Below, in pieces: positions 35,222-48,529 of a stretch of DNA of 64,000 bases. The position numbers and the translations under genes were made by a program. Source of the DNA: Sporopachydermia quercuum (lineage: Eukaryota); NCBI GenBank assembly GCA_001599295.1, contig BCGN01000008.1:310001-374000 (forward strand), written 5' to 3'. Below the pieces are notes generated by a model. It did no database searches. It saw nothing but the letters and a program-made list of their open reading frames with translations, and was not told where the DNA came from. Position 1 is the first letter of the stretch. The number at the start of each line of letters is the position of its first letter.

Positions 35222-37159
35222 ATGTCTCTAGCTATCAAATCTTCTATACCTAAGAAGAACAAAGCCAAAGTTAAGAAAGAGCAGAAACCAGCAAATTTAG
35301 CAGCCGATTCAAGTTCAGGCTTATCCGGCTCATCCGCAGCAATTATAAAAGCTGATCCTGATGAGAAATACCAAGAATTTAGTTTGACAGCTTGTTCAGC
35401 TGAAGAATTAAATGAAACTCGACATCATATTCTCAAATTTGTCTCCCGAGTACCAATAGACCCACTGAACAAGTTTTCGCGGCCTGTGAGATTACATAGG
35501 AAAGACCCGAGAAACATTCAGTTTCATTTATCTCAAAAGGAGCTTCAGGAACGGAGAAAACAGAAAGAAGAAGAACGGAAAGCTTTGGAAGCTAAAAAGA
35601 ACAATAAAGGTAAAGCAAAAGCCACTGGAAACGCTGAAGAAGAAGACGACGCAGTCACAGCCTTAGATGATGATCTCGATGTTGATGGCTCTATAGAAAG
35701 CGGTACAGACGTTGATATGAAGGATGTGGACGGATCTACTCAACAGAAACCTTCCGAGACCTCGGCAGCGCCTGCTCAGCCTCTAGAGACGGGTACAGTT
35801 GCTCCTGAACCTTCTCAGGAAATCGATCTTTCTGTTGTGGCTCCTGATGGTGGTGCAAGGAAAATAATGAAGAAAAACATCACGGGACAGCCGAAAACAA
35901 GACAAATTAAGTTTGTTGATGAAAAAGTGAAAAGACTCCGTTATGAAGAATACTATCCTTGGGTCATGGAAGATTATGATGGTCGTAACACTTGGGTTGG
36001 TAGCTATGAAGCCACCTCTTCTGAATCATATGCATTATTCATTTTTGACGCTAATGGAGGTTTCAAAATGATTCCAGTGAACAAAAATTACAAGTTCACA
36101 CAAAGGAACAAGTACGCTACTTTGACTTTAGAGGAAGCAGAACGTAAAATGGAAGAAAACAAAGGTGTCCCCAGATGGTTAATGAAACATTTAGAAGAAA
36201 CCCATGTAGACGTTCCTAAAGGTGTAGTAAGAAGACATATGAAAACTGTTGATGATGGATATAATAGATTTGAAGAAAGGAGAAAAGATGACGACCATGA
36301 GGAGTTGGATTTTGAAGAAGAGTTTGCTGATGACGAAGAAGCGCCTTTGGTTGATGGGGATGAGGAAGAAAACAAAGAAGTAGAAAAACGAATTAAGAAG
36401 GAATTGAAAGAAATAAACAATTTTGGTGAAGGAGAAGAGGATGAAGAAGTAGAAGAAGCCAAACCTGAAGAAGACGAAGAAAAACTAGATAAAGAAGGTA
36501 AAAAACTGAAGAAACTGTTGAAAAATTTCGATGCAAATGCTGCTTATGATTCTGACGATGATGACGTTAATCCTTACATTGAAGAGGAAGAAGACGAAGA
36601 AGAAGAGAATGGTGATGGTGCCAATGTTAAACAAGAAGATTATGGTAGTGGTGTGGGTAAGTTACTAAGCAAATCAAGATCATCATCACCAAGATCAACA
36701 TCTCCGGGTGCTGTTTCTAGGTTAAGGATTAAAGCTGTTATACCACCAAATGAACCAGTAGGTTTTATTGTTATCAGTGCTTCCAAGCAATTGTTATCAC
36801 GATTCCCTGCTGGTGTCTGGAATACCAATGTGAAGAAGAGAAAGCTTGAACAGGTCAGTGATACTGATGAGGGTAATAACNATAACGGTAATAATAGTAG
36901 CAATAGTAACAGCAACAACAATGGCAGTAAAGGTGGTGATGTCGGTATAAAGAAAGTAAAGATTGAAGATAGCGATAAACTTATGACTCAAGAAGATGTT
37001 ATTGCTGCTATTGGAGAAGGCGGTTTAACCACTAAGGAGCTCTTACACAAATTGAAGGCAAAGATTGCGGAATACCCTCAAAATAGGAATCTCGTCAAAT
37101 CTTTGTTTTTGAAGGTTGGTTCAATGAAGAATGGTAAGGTATATCCTAGAAAGAAGTGA
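35222..37159 (+). CDS. TFG1: TFIIF large subunit
   Basis: PVRLHRKDPR, LRYEEYYPWVMEDYDG, YATLTLEEAE, acidic linker and C-terminal winged-helix-like region. Confidence 0.93.
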   Translation: MSLAIKSSIPKKNKAKVKKEQKPANLAADSSSGLSGSSAAIIKADPDEKYQEFSLTACSAEELNETRHHILKFVSRVPIDPLNKFSRPVRLHRKDPRNIQFHLSQKELQERRKQKEEERKALEAKKNNKGKAKATGNAEEEDDAVTALDDDLDVDGSIESGTDVDMKDVDGSTQQKPSETSAAPAQPLETGTVAPEPSQEIDLSVVAPDGGARKIMKKNITGQPKTRQIKFVDEKVKRLRYEEYYPWVMEDYDGRNTWVGSYEATSSESYALFIFDANGGFKMIPVNKNYKFTQRNKYATLTLEEAERKMEENKGVPRWLMKHLEETHVDVPKGVVRRHMKTVDDGYNRFEERRKDDDHEELDFEEEFADDEEAPLVDGDEEENKEVEKRIKKELKEINNFGEGEEDEEVEEAKPEEDEEKLDKEGKKLKKLLKNFDANAAYDSDDDDVNPYIEEEEDEEEENGDGANVKQEDYGSGVGKLLSKSRSSSPRSTSPGAVSRLRIKAVIPPNEPVGFIVISASKQLLSRFPAGVWNTNVKKRKLEQVSDTDEGNNXNGNNSSNSNSNNNGSKGGDVGIKKVKIEDSDKLMTQEDVIAAIGEGGLTTKELLHKLKAKIAEYPQNRNLVKSLFLKVGSMKNGKVYPRKK

Positions 37160-37961
37160 AGGAACGGAAGGGAATGCTTGATGCGAATAGTGAAATGCTG
37201 TATTACGGAAAGAATGGTGACAGGAATATAGGTCTAGCTATTGACGATTGGAGCTTGTTAAAAGTGGAATTGAAGAACATTCTACAGTTTGTTAAATTTT
37301 GTTATGAGCTGTCTGTCAATTGAAGTTGGTAGGATCGTATAATTGATAGAAATAGTGAGAAAGGGGCGATAAATGAATAATTAATATGGACTGAAATATA
37401 AATGAAACTTAACTGTTTATGCATTTTGTTGTCTTCTAGTATTATTCTATCACTTTAGTCTTTATATATTCATGTATTACTACTTGTCTGACAGTTTTCT
37501 TTCATGATCTAAAAAGACCAAATGTGATAATAGCTATTAGAATGAAAATGATGATTCAGTAAGGANCAATATTGTGAGATGGTTTTACCCAGTTATCTAT
37601 GACTTTATTATGAAGATAAAGATACTATTGGTAAGGAAAATCAGGCTTTTCTCCTTTTTATATCAAACACTATAATAGTAGTAGTAGTTTCATCAAATTG
37701 TTATCATCGATACTAGAAATCAATCTCTATTTCATTGATTCAGAGTATATCATCATCCTACGGATGATAAAGGAGCATCAGAAAGCTAAACAAATAATTC
37801 CAATCTATTGATCACCATTCCTCTACAAATCTCCTTTCAGACTCATTGTAACATTCTAAAAACGTCAGCAAATATCGTACAATATATCCATGATCTCCTA
37901 TCTACATACTGCCTGTACTATTATGCTATAGTCACCTCTTCTGTCNCTTTTCTCCTTTCAG

Positions 37962-39602
37962 TCAAATGATTTCTTCAATAACATCATCCTCATCCATTTC
38001 CTCTATTTTTGCTCCTGACGAATCTTCAGGTGCTTCATCTCGCTTCAAAAGTTGGACTATTCGTTCACACTTTTCCATAACATTTTCGTCTTCAATACTT
38101 TTATGAAGTTCACGTATCACGGAATAAACCCCTTTCGCTCTTAAAATCTCCCTACATTCCCTGGTTGTACATAACAAGATCAACGATTCAACATGAGTGG
38201 CTAGAAGCTCAGGTAGAGGATCCCTTTCTTTATCTTCAGGTAGTAATTGTAGTTCTTCAGGTAGGTCGAACATTTCCTCGTCATCGAACTCATAAGAGCC
38301 TTTAGTCAAAGGAAGTAAAAGATAGGGCAAGAAATTGATATCATCGTCTGACAGAAAAGTGATATGAGAGTCTATATCAAACACTGAGTTTCTAATTGAC
38401 TGTTAGCAGCAATGCATATCTAATGTGTAGTGTACTGTCACAGTAGGATAAATACTTACTTGATAGTGTACGCGACGCCTTCTCTTCTAATTCTAGAGTC
38501 ATATTTCTCAGTGAAAACTAGAAGCTTGGTAATTGGAATAACTTGATCGTATTCTTGTTGTGTGACAAAATAGTCTCTGCCTTTTCGGAACTATTTCGTG
38601 TTTAAATGTTAGTAAACTGAATATAGGAACTGAATAGGGTACTGAAAATGAATGCGTATAATCAGTCAATGTAAGCTTTGGAATAATAGGAACAGCTTTT
38701 TTGTATATTATTTCAATAATGAAATCAAACATTTGCCATAGGATCAATAATTATCTCTATTATCACTACTACCTGGCGTTCACTCTACTCAATACTCAAA
38801 TCAAGTATCAGACTTACTCTTGAAACATCAGCAAAAAAGTATGCCAAATAATCAAAATTAGCAAATTTGTTTAACGATCTGTCGGCTCCTTTAACAAAGC
38901 AATCCATCAAACAGTCGGTTATTTTATTGGATCGAAACACTTTACTGTCTTGTGGCACCCATTTTTCATCCAGCAGCTTGACTATTTCATCGTTCTTTGC
39001 TAAATTAGCAAGAAGAATTGACAATAGATCTGCAAGTCTATTAGATAAGTCCTAGAAAACATCACCGGTTAGTTTCTTTTGATAATGTGCACGTTTTCAG
39101 TGTATCATTCGTGGATTAAATAAAGCTATTTCTTACCAAAATCGCTAATGCGACATCTCGAACGAATGACTGATCCTCTACCAACATATCTAGAATGGTT
39201 CGATCATTACATAAGTTTACCAAAGTAGTTGCTGCTTGTTCAACCGTTGTTTTCTATGTGGTTTTCTGTTAGTGTTTATGAATAGTCAACGACTCATATA
39301 ACCCTTCTCTCACTACATACAGATTCATCTTTCAACAGTTTTTTTAAATCCTTCACTGGTGTATAATCATCTGTTTTGAAAATGTGCACCTGAGGCCCTG
39401 TTGAGTAACCAACTAAGTTGTCCAAAGCAATCTGTCTGACAGCTGGTTGTGGTGAGTGCAGAAATCCTACTAGCTGATAAGAATTGTTAATAATGGGGAA
39501 TTTTCAATGATAATATTGCTGAATGTTGAAACTAGAAGTAGATCTAGCGCTTATGATCTCATCGCATCGCTTACTTCATACCTCTAGTAGTTCTGCTGAC
39601 AT
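37962..39602 (-). CDS. HGH1: eEF2 chaperone Hgh1 (6 exons)
   Basis: Exons 39602-39582, 39473-39321, 39253-39137, 39051-38818, 38590-38460 and 38391-37962 join to 361 aa. Motifs [38 protein letters not shown] and [16 protein letters not shown]. Confidence 0.92.
39558..39565 (-). promoter_or_regulatory. PAC element (GCGATGAG) inside HGH1 intron 1
   Basis: CTCATCGC on the + strand. An RRPE-like TGAAAATTTT lies at 39767-39776, upstream of the ATG. Confidence 0.5.
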
Positions 39603-40513
39603 GTTGCTTTGTTTATCCGATACAATTAATTTATATTTCACTCGACCTCAGTTCTAAATACTTCAATCAGTAGAATATTCGAATATTCAACTAACTATTT
39701 GCTCAATTATGGAGAAAGAGTATTGCTAGATAAGTCATAGCTGGGTAGTGAAAAGTGAAGATTGATTGAAAATTTTACACCTTAAGATAGATAAATTCGT
39801 CCCATATCAGGGAGGCGTCAATTGAGAAGAATAACGTCAATGTTTCACGTGATGTTTATATTTTAGTTAAGAATACTTGTCAAATGGCAATAGTGTCCCA
39901 TATTAGAATGTTGTTTTGTTGAGTTTATGTTCTATGCATATTACTGCGTTAGATAATGCAGTGTTAGATAACATTTACCTGACTTCCCAAAAGTAGTAAA
40001 TTGAAAAAGATTAAAGTAATAGAACTGATTTAAAGCAAAATTTCATCAAAATATTATTGTGTTTTTCTTAATTGTCCGCGGCACACCTTTTGCTTCTGAC
40101 ACTCAAATCAATCCACTCATTTCACCATACATTTCTAACTATTTCTTCCTTCTCTGCATCATTGGTGCGTTAACACGCATAATGACGCATATTTTCTCCA
40201 GAGACTTCAAACCGAAATGCGAACAACCATCGTTGTTCGAAAATGAAAGTGAATTAAATGAAATGTCAGTTATTTCAAACGTCTTTCAGGTGACAAACTA
40301 GCTCAGATTGATATACTGTCTTTCTCTTGTTAGGTTTTCTGTTTGAGTTTTGTTCTAACTGTTAGATCTGAAATACCGGTTGACACTATCTAGTAATAGC
40401 AATTGTACTTCTTCAATCACTTCTCTGAACAAGAACAGTATTATAAATAAACTATAGAACATATACACCGCCAAAGATTATAGTGATAGATGTGACAAAG
40501 TAACAATTACAAA

Positions 40514-43203
40514 ATGGTTGAGTCGGTTATCAAAAAGATAGATTACATTCGAACAGCAGGTAATTGGACTGCTGTCAAGAAAATCAGTGATGGTTACTTG
40601 AATACCCAAGCAAATGTCAATCACGATGATGAATATGGTATGTTCATATTTACAATATTAACATAGAATAGGGGAATGGTTTATTATAACTGTCTACTAA
40701 CGTTTAATCATTAGGTTATATTGTGACTGCTAGAATTGAATCACAGCTAAGTCTATCAAAGGACCCTGGAACGGCTGATGTTGATTTAAGTGCGCTTTGG
40801 CAAGCGATCAACACAGTTCAGTTTGAGAACAAAGAGTACGAATACATTCTCACTATTGTTAAAGGTCATTTAGCATTCCTAGAGAAAAATTACCAAGAGG
40901 TAATCAAGATTTTATCAACTCTAACGCCCTACGAAATTTCAAGCGATGGTGCTTATTCTCTGGATTATACACCTATTGCATCATTAAAGAGAACAGCAAT
41001 TTTAGGAGAAGCATACGAAGAGTTGAGTCAGATAACAGAATCTAAAAAGATTTATGGAAAACAGACTTCTATGATAACTGGCGATAAATCTTACCGATCA
41101 GAAGCTTTGAAATGGATTAATAGAATCTATGAGAGATTTGCTTCTCTGACTATATCTACAAATGATCCTCGATCGTTAACTGTCCTACATGATTACTTTG
41201 AACTTACTCCTGTTTCTAATGGGGAAAATAAAACTGAGTTATCTTTATTGAACGCATATATCCTATTTCTATGTTTTCTCATTGAACAAGGACGTGACGA
41301 TCTTCGTGGTGAGCTGTTGAAACGTTTCAAAGAGTTCGAGCTTGCAGTTACACCACAATTCAAATTTCCCCATGCCACTGAAAGCAATGAAATCTGCGAG
41401 ACGTATGTTGATACTTTAATGAGATGCTGGGATGTCCTGAAGAATAGCATGAATCTTGAACGGCTCAATGATCAAAGGGTTACCGAGTCAATAGCATCAT
41501 TGTTAAGAGTAACGTTTCATTCGTGTAAGATCCTCCGTCATTATATAACTATTTTAAACCATCGGAGACAATATAAAAAGGCTCTGATTGCATTTGATGT
41601 ATATAAAAAGTATAATGATCGAATTCAGATGCAAAATCAAAAAGGCGATGTTTTCGCTCGTGCTGACGATGTTTTGTTCTTCATTGAAGTGAAAAGCATT
41701 GTGTTGGAGATTCTTATATATAAAGAGCAAGATGCATGTGCTGCTCGTCAGCTATCCATTGAATTATCAAAATTGCTGAATAATTTCGACAATTACTTCC
41801 AAGTGCTGGATGACAGTGATAGTGGCAGTATGCCATTTGAAACATCTAATGGTTCTTTACAAGTGAGGAGGATTGCTTCAATTGCTTGGCAGTTGATTGC
41901 TGATGCGAATATCTTATATACGGAAAGAAAAATGACAGAATCAAGCAGAGACAGCTGTTTTGATAACGCCATCGATGGCTATAAAAGCTCTCTTTCTCTA
42001 TATTTTTGCTCTGAAACTGCTTTCAAACTGGCATTGCTACTGGCTAATATGCAAAGAGATAAAAACGTGTTAGAACTGCTACGGAGGTCGTTGAAGAAAG
42101 AAAACCATTACGATTCCTGGCACTTGCTTGGACTCTTATTTTCTGTTCCAGAAGATAACAGTGCTGCGGTGAAGATTCTCACTCAAGTTTTGAGTGACAA
42201 TAGTACGACATATGATGATCTGTCACTGAAAGACAAATATTCGTTGCTGAAAATGAAAATGACGTTGATAGCATTGAAAGAAAGTAATGAAGGTGTTTCT
42301 GCGGCTCTTAATCTTCTTCCTGAGGTTTTAAGTTTGTATAATGATTATTTTGGCTATGCATTAAACAACTCTCAAGATTACATTGTGGATAAACAACCAT
42401 TTGAACCAGGTATGATGGATGCATCGCTGCATTTCCATAGACCTAGTGTTATTGGCACTGGTGGTGACACTGCCTCTCTGAGCTCAGTAACGAAGTTCTC
42501 TCGCAATGGACTATCAAAAACTGTCACTAGGACACTCACTAAGACGTTGAAGACGACAAAGAATATAGAGAAATTGGCGGCACCTTTGAAAAGATCTCTG
42601 GATATCAAAAGAGGAGCCAATGAGCCACGGATGTCTACATCTACACGGGTCAGTCAATCGCATGCTATTGAATTCAAGAGCGGATATTCTAAGGAGAAGA
42701 AAATACTTCGCGAGCTGTGGTTATGGGTGAGTGGTTTGTATAAACGAGCAGATTTGTTGGAGGATGCTGAGCAAGCAGTTGGAGAAGCACGTGACCTAGG
42801 AGGTCCAGAATTTGAGATCCATCGAGAGCTTGGATTTATAGCATTAGGTAAACAAAATGTGTTAGCATTGCAGGAGTTTGAAATGGCATTGGAGCAATGT
42901 CCTGGTGATTTAAAAGCAACATTGGGATTGGCTAATTTATTCTTCATACAAGCTAATAAAGATGATAAATTGTCTATCAATGAAGAAGACAAACTAGCAG
43001 GACAAGCCAGAGTAAAAAACATGCTGGAAGATGCAACTAGTTCTGGTTCTGGTTACAATAGTCCTGAAGCTTGGTGGTATTTGTCGAAAGCCTATGAAGT
43101 GTTCTACAGTGATATGAAGCTGAGAGAAAGTCTCTGGAGATCAATTGAATTGGAAGAAACAAGGGCTATCAAGGATTTTTCCTTTGCTGTAAGTAATATC
43201 TAG
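40514..43203 (+). CDS. YPP1: Ypp1/TTC7-like TPR scaffold of the Stt4 PI4-kinase complex (spliced)
   Basis: Exons 40514-40637 and 40715-43203; intron GTATGT..TACTAAC..TAG. TPR-like helices, TFHS..ILRH, and C-terminal PEAWWYLSKAYE...LWRSIELEE. Confidence 0.8.
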
Positions 43204-43441
43204 TTGATAATAGTGTGAATAGTTGGTGATGTGTGTATATTATCATAAAGTGATAATGAAACAAAAAGTTAATAGTTTGTATTATTAATTAGATTATGCC
43301 GTGGTTGTCTAAATCTTAGGATAGTCATTGTATGAATTAAAAGGAAATTCTTCTCACAGTCTAGATGACATTTTGAGTATATTCATGTAAACCTATTATA
43401 TATGTGCATTCTTTTGTTCATTTTCATTCATTCCTATGTCT

Positions 43442-43916
43442 TCATGTTCGAACGACTCCATATACAAATGTCCAAGTCAGAACATAACCCAGCAATCCTT
43501 TGAACAGATCACCAATGAAAACATCATTGAGCACATTGATACAATATTTTTCAGGTTTCATATGCATAGGAATTAGATATATCAAAATGTTGACAATGAA
43601 ACTGACCAGGAGATAGAAAAGAAATCCTTGATAAGACTCAAGTCTGAGGATACCAGCAGCTGCTCCTCCTGCTAGTGAGGTTATATCACGTACCTGCCTC
43701 AATCGCTATATTTTATCGTTGTTAGATTTTGAAACAAGAAAATCGTTAAACAAATTGTAACAGTACATTTCAGCATTGTAGCTCTATATTCTCTACTCCA
43801 TTCTGCCTCTAACTTACTCGTTGATTGTGCATCACGTTTGCAGTGTGAACCGGGTATGTTTTGATCAAGGTTTCATCTTTCTCCAGAGAGAAGTAGTAGT
43901 CGTCATCTATAGGCAT
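43442..43916 (-). CDS. EMC6: ER membrane complex subunit 6 (spliced)
   Basis: Exons 43916-43818 and 43705-43442. Motifs GAAAGILRLESYQGFLFY and YVLTWTFVYGVV. Confidence 0.9.
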
Positions 43917-44580
43917 TATGAGAGTACAATATAAAGGTTATGACCTGTTTAGATTTCGCTTTCCAAGACTTCCTATGTAAATCTGGTGAGGAACAATTAG
44001 TTCGATATATTTGATGCAACCTGCTTATATGATTCCTGGTTTCCTAGTGTGTTCTTATTATCCTCTATTATACCTAAAGCTATCAACGAGAAGTTGATTT
44101 TCTGACTTATAGACAAATATTTCAATGTTACCTACCAAGCAAAATTAACAGTGCACTAGAACAATCACTGACCAATTCTTGTTTCTCATTAATATGAATG
44201 AATATCTCTGACCTTGAGGACTCGCAGATAACTCAATCACCATGCATTTCACAATGTTCTTAGGAGTTCTGAATATATCGCTATAGTGAGACGTAATGTA
44301 CAATTCCTGATTACGTGATGTTAAACTCGTTATTCCACTTTTACGCTGATTTTGGAACTTTCTGTTTTAGGAAAAACCGGCCCGTTCATTTACCAAATCA
44401 ATCATAGTAAACCAATAGGTGATATATATCTGAGAGACTTAGCAATTGAAAAGATATTACGGAGTAGGTATAGAGAAAATTATGGAGAAGACTATAATTA
44501 ATGAGTGAGTTGTCGAAAGAGGTATCTAGAAGCTTGAGGCTAGAAAGCAAAAGGAGGATCTAAACGGGAAGCTGGTTAAA

Positions 44581-45654
44581 ATGGGAGAAGAAACAGAGGA
44601 AACTAAAAATCAGCATAGCGCGAAGCTTCAGCCAGGAGGTTACGCTGGATTCGTTGCTGGTGTATTCTCTGGTATAACCAAACTGGCTGTTGGACATCCG
44701 TGAGTAGAGAAATGCTATTTAGACTGGCGATTTTCCATTAATCGTTTTAACTAACTCGCTGGTTAGATTTGACACGGTGAAAGTGAGGCTGCAAACAAGT
44801 GAAGGGCGATTCAAAGGACCTTTGGACTGTGTGTTTAAGACACTGAAGAATGAAGGTGTCAGAGGGCTTTATAAAGGAGCCACGCCACCATTGGTTGGAT
44901 GGATGATCATGGATTCAGTGTATGTAATTTATTGTGAGCTGATTCTTGCTTGAATTGTTTGAAAAGAAATATTGCAACGTCCGTCATTCCAATGAAAGAT
45001 GTAACTAACCAGTTCTTTTCATTCTGAAGCATGTTAGGATCACTACATAACTATCGTAGATGTATGATGGATTATGTATATACAGACTATGACCATTTAC
45101 CTCTTTCTGGTCATTGTATATCGGGAATGCTTGCTGGATGGACGGTCAGTTTTGTTGCAGCTCCAATTGAGCATGTGAAAGCAAGATTACAAGTTCAATA
45201 TGATGCCAGTACTAAAGTATATACTGGGCCAATCAACTGTGCTACTACACTATTGAAACAAAGCGGAATTATAGGTCTCTATAAAGGTTTATTTTCTACT
45301 ATGATTTTTAGAACATTCTTTATAGCTTGGTGGGGATCTTATGAACTGTTTACTCAATATTTTAAGAAAAATACTCGTATGAATGATCCTATGGTTAACT
45401 TTTGGGCTGGTGGATTGAGTGCTACTGTGTTCTGGATCACAGCGTATCCTTCTGATGTAGTGAAACAAACAATTATGACTGATAGCGTAACAAGTCCTAA
45501 ATATAAGACTTGGTGGCAAGCCGCAAAGAGTGTTTATCAACATAAAGGCTGGAAGGGATACTTTAGAGGATTCGTGCCAAGTTTGATTCGTTCGTTCCCG
45601 GCTAATGCGGCTGCTTTGGCATCATTTGAATTTGTAATGAGACAGCTTGCATGA
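44581..45654 (+). CDS. Mitochondrial carrier (SLC25; carnitine/amino-acid carrier-like), 3 exons
   Basis: Exons 44581-44699, 44767-44919 and 45030-45654. Three PX[DE]XX[KR] signatures (PFDTVK, PIEHVK, PSDVVK) and RSFPANA. Confidence 0.9.
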
Positions 45655-45789
45655 TGTATATATTTGAGGAATAGAAGAATAGAAAAGCTGTACGTTTACA
45701 TGATTTAGAAATTGGATGTTTATAGGGGTTTAGANATGAAGTCAAATTGAATATCCTCATAGTTAATAAATTGCTTGTTCATCATCAGG

Positions 45790-46433
45790 TTATAAAACTG
45801 TTTCCGTGTCTGTTTCTTCTGTTTTGGGATTCTCTTCCTCTGGCTCAACTGGCTCAACTGGTTCCTTTTCCCATGGTTTTTTTCTTATCTTTGCCGTTGA
45901 TTCTGATGATTGGTTCTTCAGTACTATATTAGGAATTTCCTTCACAGGAATTTCTTCACCATTGAGAATCATCTCAACTATTCGTTGATAATTGCTTGAA
46001 TATGGTGGTTGGGTTGAATTAGAACCAACTGACTCCTTTGTTTCCTTTTGCTTTCTCCATACTACGTACTTTTCTATATCAATATCTTGACCTGTTTGGA
46101 TCTTATAGAAATACGACTTCGCACTTAATATGATTTCTGGTGATTCTCCTTGAGACTCCATTATTTTTGCAACTCCAGCCTGGCAGCAGTGATAATAGCT
46201 TGTTAGTTCTCAGCTTATAGAGACTATAGGCTCTAGGGACTAAAATAAAACCATCAATTGACTTTATGATAGGAATCCATCTTGATTCTGATTGTTGATC
46301 GTATGATGGACATTCATTTGCTGTACTACATAAGCTGTAACTGAAAGCATGTAATTCAAACCGAACATACCTTGAATTCATCGCTGTCCCAGTCAAACTG
46401 GTCAAACTGTTCAAACGCCGTGTCCTGATCCAT
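45790..46433 (-). CDS. PEX39: Pex39/C6orf226-like PTS2 import factor (spliced)
   Basis: Exons 46433-46371 (FDQFDWDSDEFK) and 46179-45790. Motifs AKSYFY, PYSSNYQRIVEMILNGEEIP and RKKPWE. Confidence 0.75.
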
Positions 46434-47098
46434 TGCTTGCTTGAATGGTAAAATATATTTTCAACCCGAAAGTAATGATTAGTTATAAATGTTCAATGGA
46501 TTTCCAATGAATAAATGATGCTGGATCCCTGGAAACAAGAGANTGTTATTGTGCTTGGGCGGGATGGAGAAGAGTTAAGCCTAAATCTAGATATAATCTA
46601 AGGACAATTAAGAGTATATATAAGTTGCTTATTTGTACGGGTGTTATGCTGTTGTTAGCAAAGTGTACATTGTTTTATCTTTTCGATGCATATAAGAAGG
46701 ACCCTCAGATTCATCATGAAGTTTTGAATGACAGAGCGAACTGTACGAAAACTGAAAGTGGGACCATGATGAACGGATACTCGAAGTGCGATAAACTGGA
46801 AATTGGGGGAACACAAAAAGTACTGAGAGTAACAACAGATAAACTAATGAGTAACTAACAGTTGATACTTGGGAAGTATTGATGATAAAATTTTACAACA
46901 CTTTCTGTTAATGGATTTGAAAAGATTAAGATATATACTTCTGTTCTTTTCCGAAGGATTTATCTACCTATCAGATACATAATACATGATATATAACGCA
47001 TAATGCTAAAAATAAATTGAATGATAAGATCATAAAGATGATAGTTTTAAGTGTCTAAGTTTACTTCCAATGTGTAACTACCGAAGCAATGTCAGATC

Positions 47099-48529
47099 TC
47101 AAATTTTGCTTTGTTCTGGAATAACATATGGTTGACTTCCAGCTACATTTGCAGCTTCAACTAAAGCATCCATACCATTTGCAACACGTCCTCCGGTTAA
47201 GCTATTGATAACAGAGCTTAAAGACGGTAAATTTAAGCTACCTTTTGTATGCTGAGGTTGCGAATGTTGTTGTGGAGGAGACTTTGTAGACTGTTGCGTA
47301 TTAGAATGCGGCTGTCGGAGGTTATCGTGGTTTTGCTGTACTTGTTGTCGTTGTAGATCTGCAAGTGAACCAGTTTTTTCCAAGTGTATATCTTGAACAG
47401 GTGACTTTAAAGGGGCCAATAACACAGGAGGTAAATGTGTAGATACTTGAGGGGATGATGATGCTAATGGATAAATTGGAGGATATGCTTGGTGCAAACC
47501 CATGTTGGTTTGATTGGATGAAAATGATGACAATAGAGGAGAACCACTTCTTAAAGGAACTCCAGGTGATACATGGTGAATGATTGGATAAGTAGGTGTC
47601 AAAGTATTTGGGGTTGCAATCCCAGGCCCGCTTGACGGTGTACTAAGATTTGATCCTTGATAACTTCTATGAGGAAAAAAAGGCATATAAGAAGGTGCTG
47701 ATTGAATAAAATGTGAAATTCCTGATGAAGGTGGTGTCAATGAACTGGGTTCACTTATATCAACTTTGGGTGGGACCATAATAGGGTTCGGCCTATGTTT
47801 TGATCTGAAAGAACTACTAGGTTGGTGAAGCAGTTTGGAAGAAGGTGGTGGTAATTGTGAAGACGGACCGACTACCACAGAAACGCTTCCAGCTGTGCCG
47901 TTGGATGAAAAGGATGATATGGACCCATTTGAGCTCAAAGCCGAAGGCGAAATTTTAGATGATACTGATGAAACTGACGATATTGAGGTGTTATTAGTTG
48001 CTGCATTGCTATTGTGAAATTCCATATTTTGGCCATTTGGCGTTTTTGGTCGAGCGATATTTGGAGGTAATGTTAGTTCAGTTTTAACTATTGATGGACC
48101 ATGGTCTGGGCTCACTATTGTTTGTTTCTTTCTTTCTAGTGATGATTGTGAAGTGGATCTTTTTCTAGAATGATTTCCGTTTGATTTCAAAACTCTTCCA
48201 CTTGAATATGAAACAAGGGATTCTGATATATGCACAGTTTGTGCATGTTGCCTTAAATTATCCAGTCGAGAAAAATATTTGTCACAGAATTGGCATTTGT
48301 ATGGCTTTTCGCCGGTATGTTTTCGCACATGTCTTGCTAAATGCTCCGAGCGAGTGAATTTCATGCTGCATCCAGGAAAATCAGTACATTGAAATACTTT
48401 CGCTTTTGATTGTCGCGGAGCCTTACTTTTTTTTGATGGTGTTTTGAGCGGCTTGGTATCACAGGCCGTCGCTCCGTTCTCATTAGGTATGAGCAGGGGC
48501 GCTACAACAGTACCTGGTTGTCCAGTCAT
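47099..48529 (-). CDS. USV1: C2H2 zinc-finger transcription factor, Usv1/Rgm1 family
   Basis: [49 protein letters not shown] plus RPNPI motif. First ATG is at 48529. Confidence 0.75.
   Translation of the reverse strand: MTGQPGTVVAPLLIPNENGATACDTKPLKTPSKKSKAPRQSKAKVFQCTDFPGCSMKFTRSEHLARHVRKHTGEKPYKCQFCDKYFSRLDNLRQHAQTVHISESLVSYSSGRVLKSNGNHSRKRSTSQSSLERKKQTIVSPDHGPSIVKTELTLPPNIARPKTPNGQNMEFHNSNAATNNTSISSVSSVSSKISPSALSSNGSISSFSSNGTAGSVSVVVGPSSQLPPPSSKLLHQPSSSFRSKHRPNPIMVPPKVDISEPSSLTPPSSGISHFIQSAPSYMPFFPHRSYQGSNLSTPSSGPGIATPNTLTPTYPIIHHVSPGVPLRSGSPLLSSFSSNQTNMGLHQAYPPIYPLASSSPQVSTHLPPVLLAPLKSPVQDIHLEKTGSLADLQRQQVQQNHDNLRQPHSNTQQSTKSPPQQHSQPQHTKGSLNLPSLSSVINSLTGGRVANGMDALVEAANVAGSQPYVIPEQSKI

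Noticed and set aside
38591..38817. Intronic snoRNA in the 227-nt HGH1 intron 4
   Set aside because: Only a weak GTGATAA/CTGA pair, with no canonical C box, terminal stem or recognisable rRNA guide.
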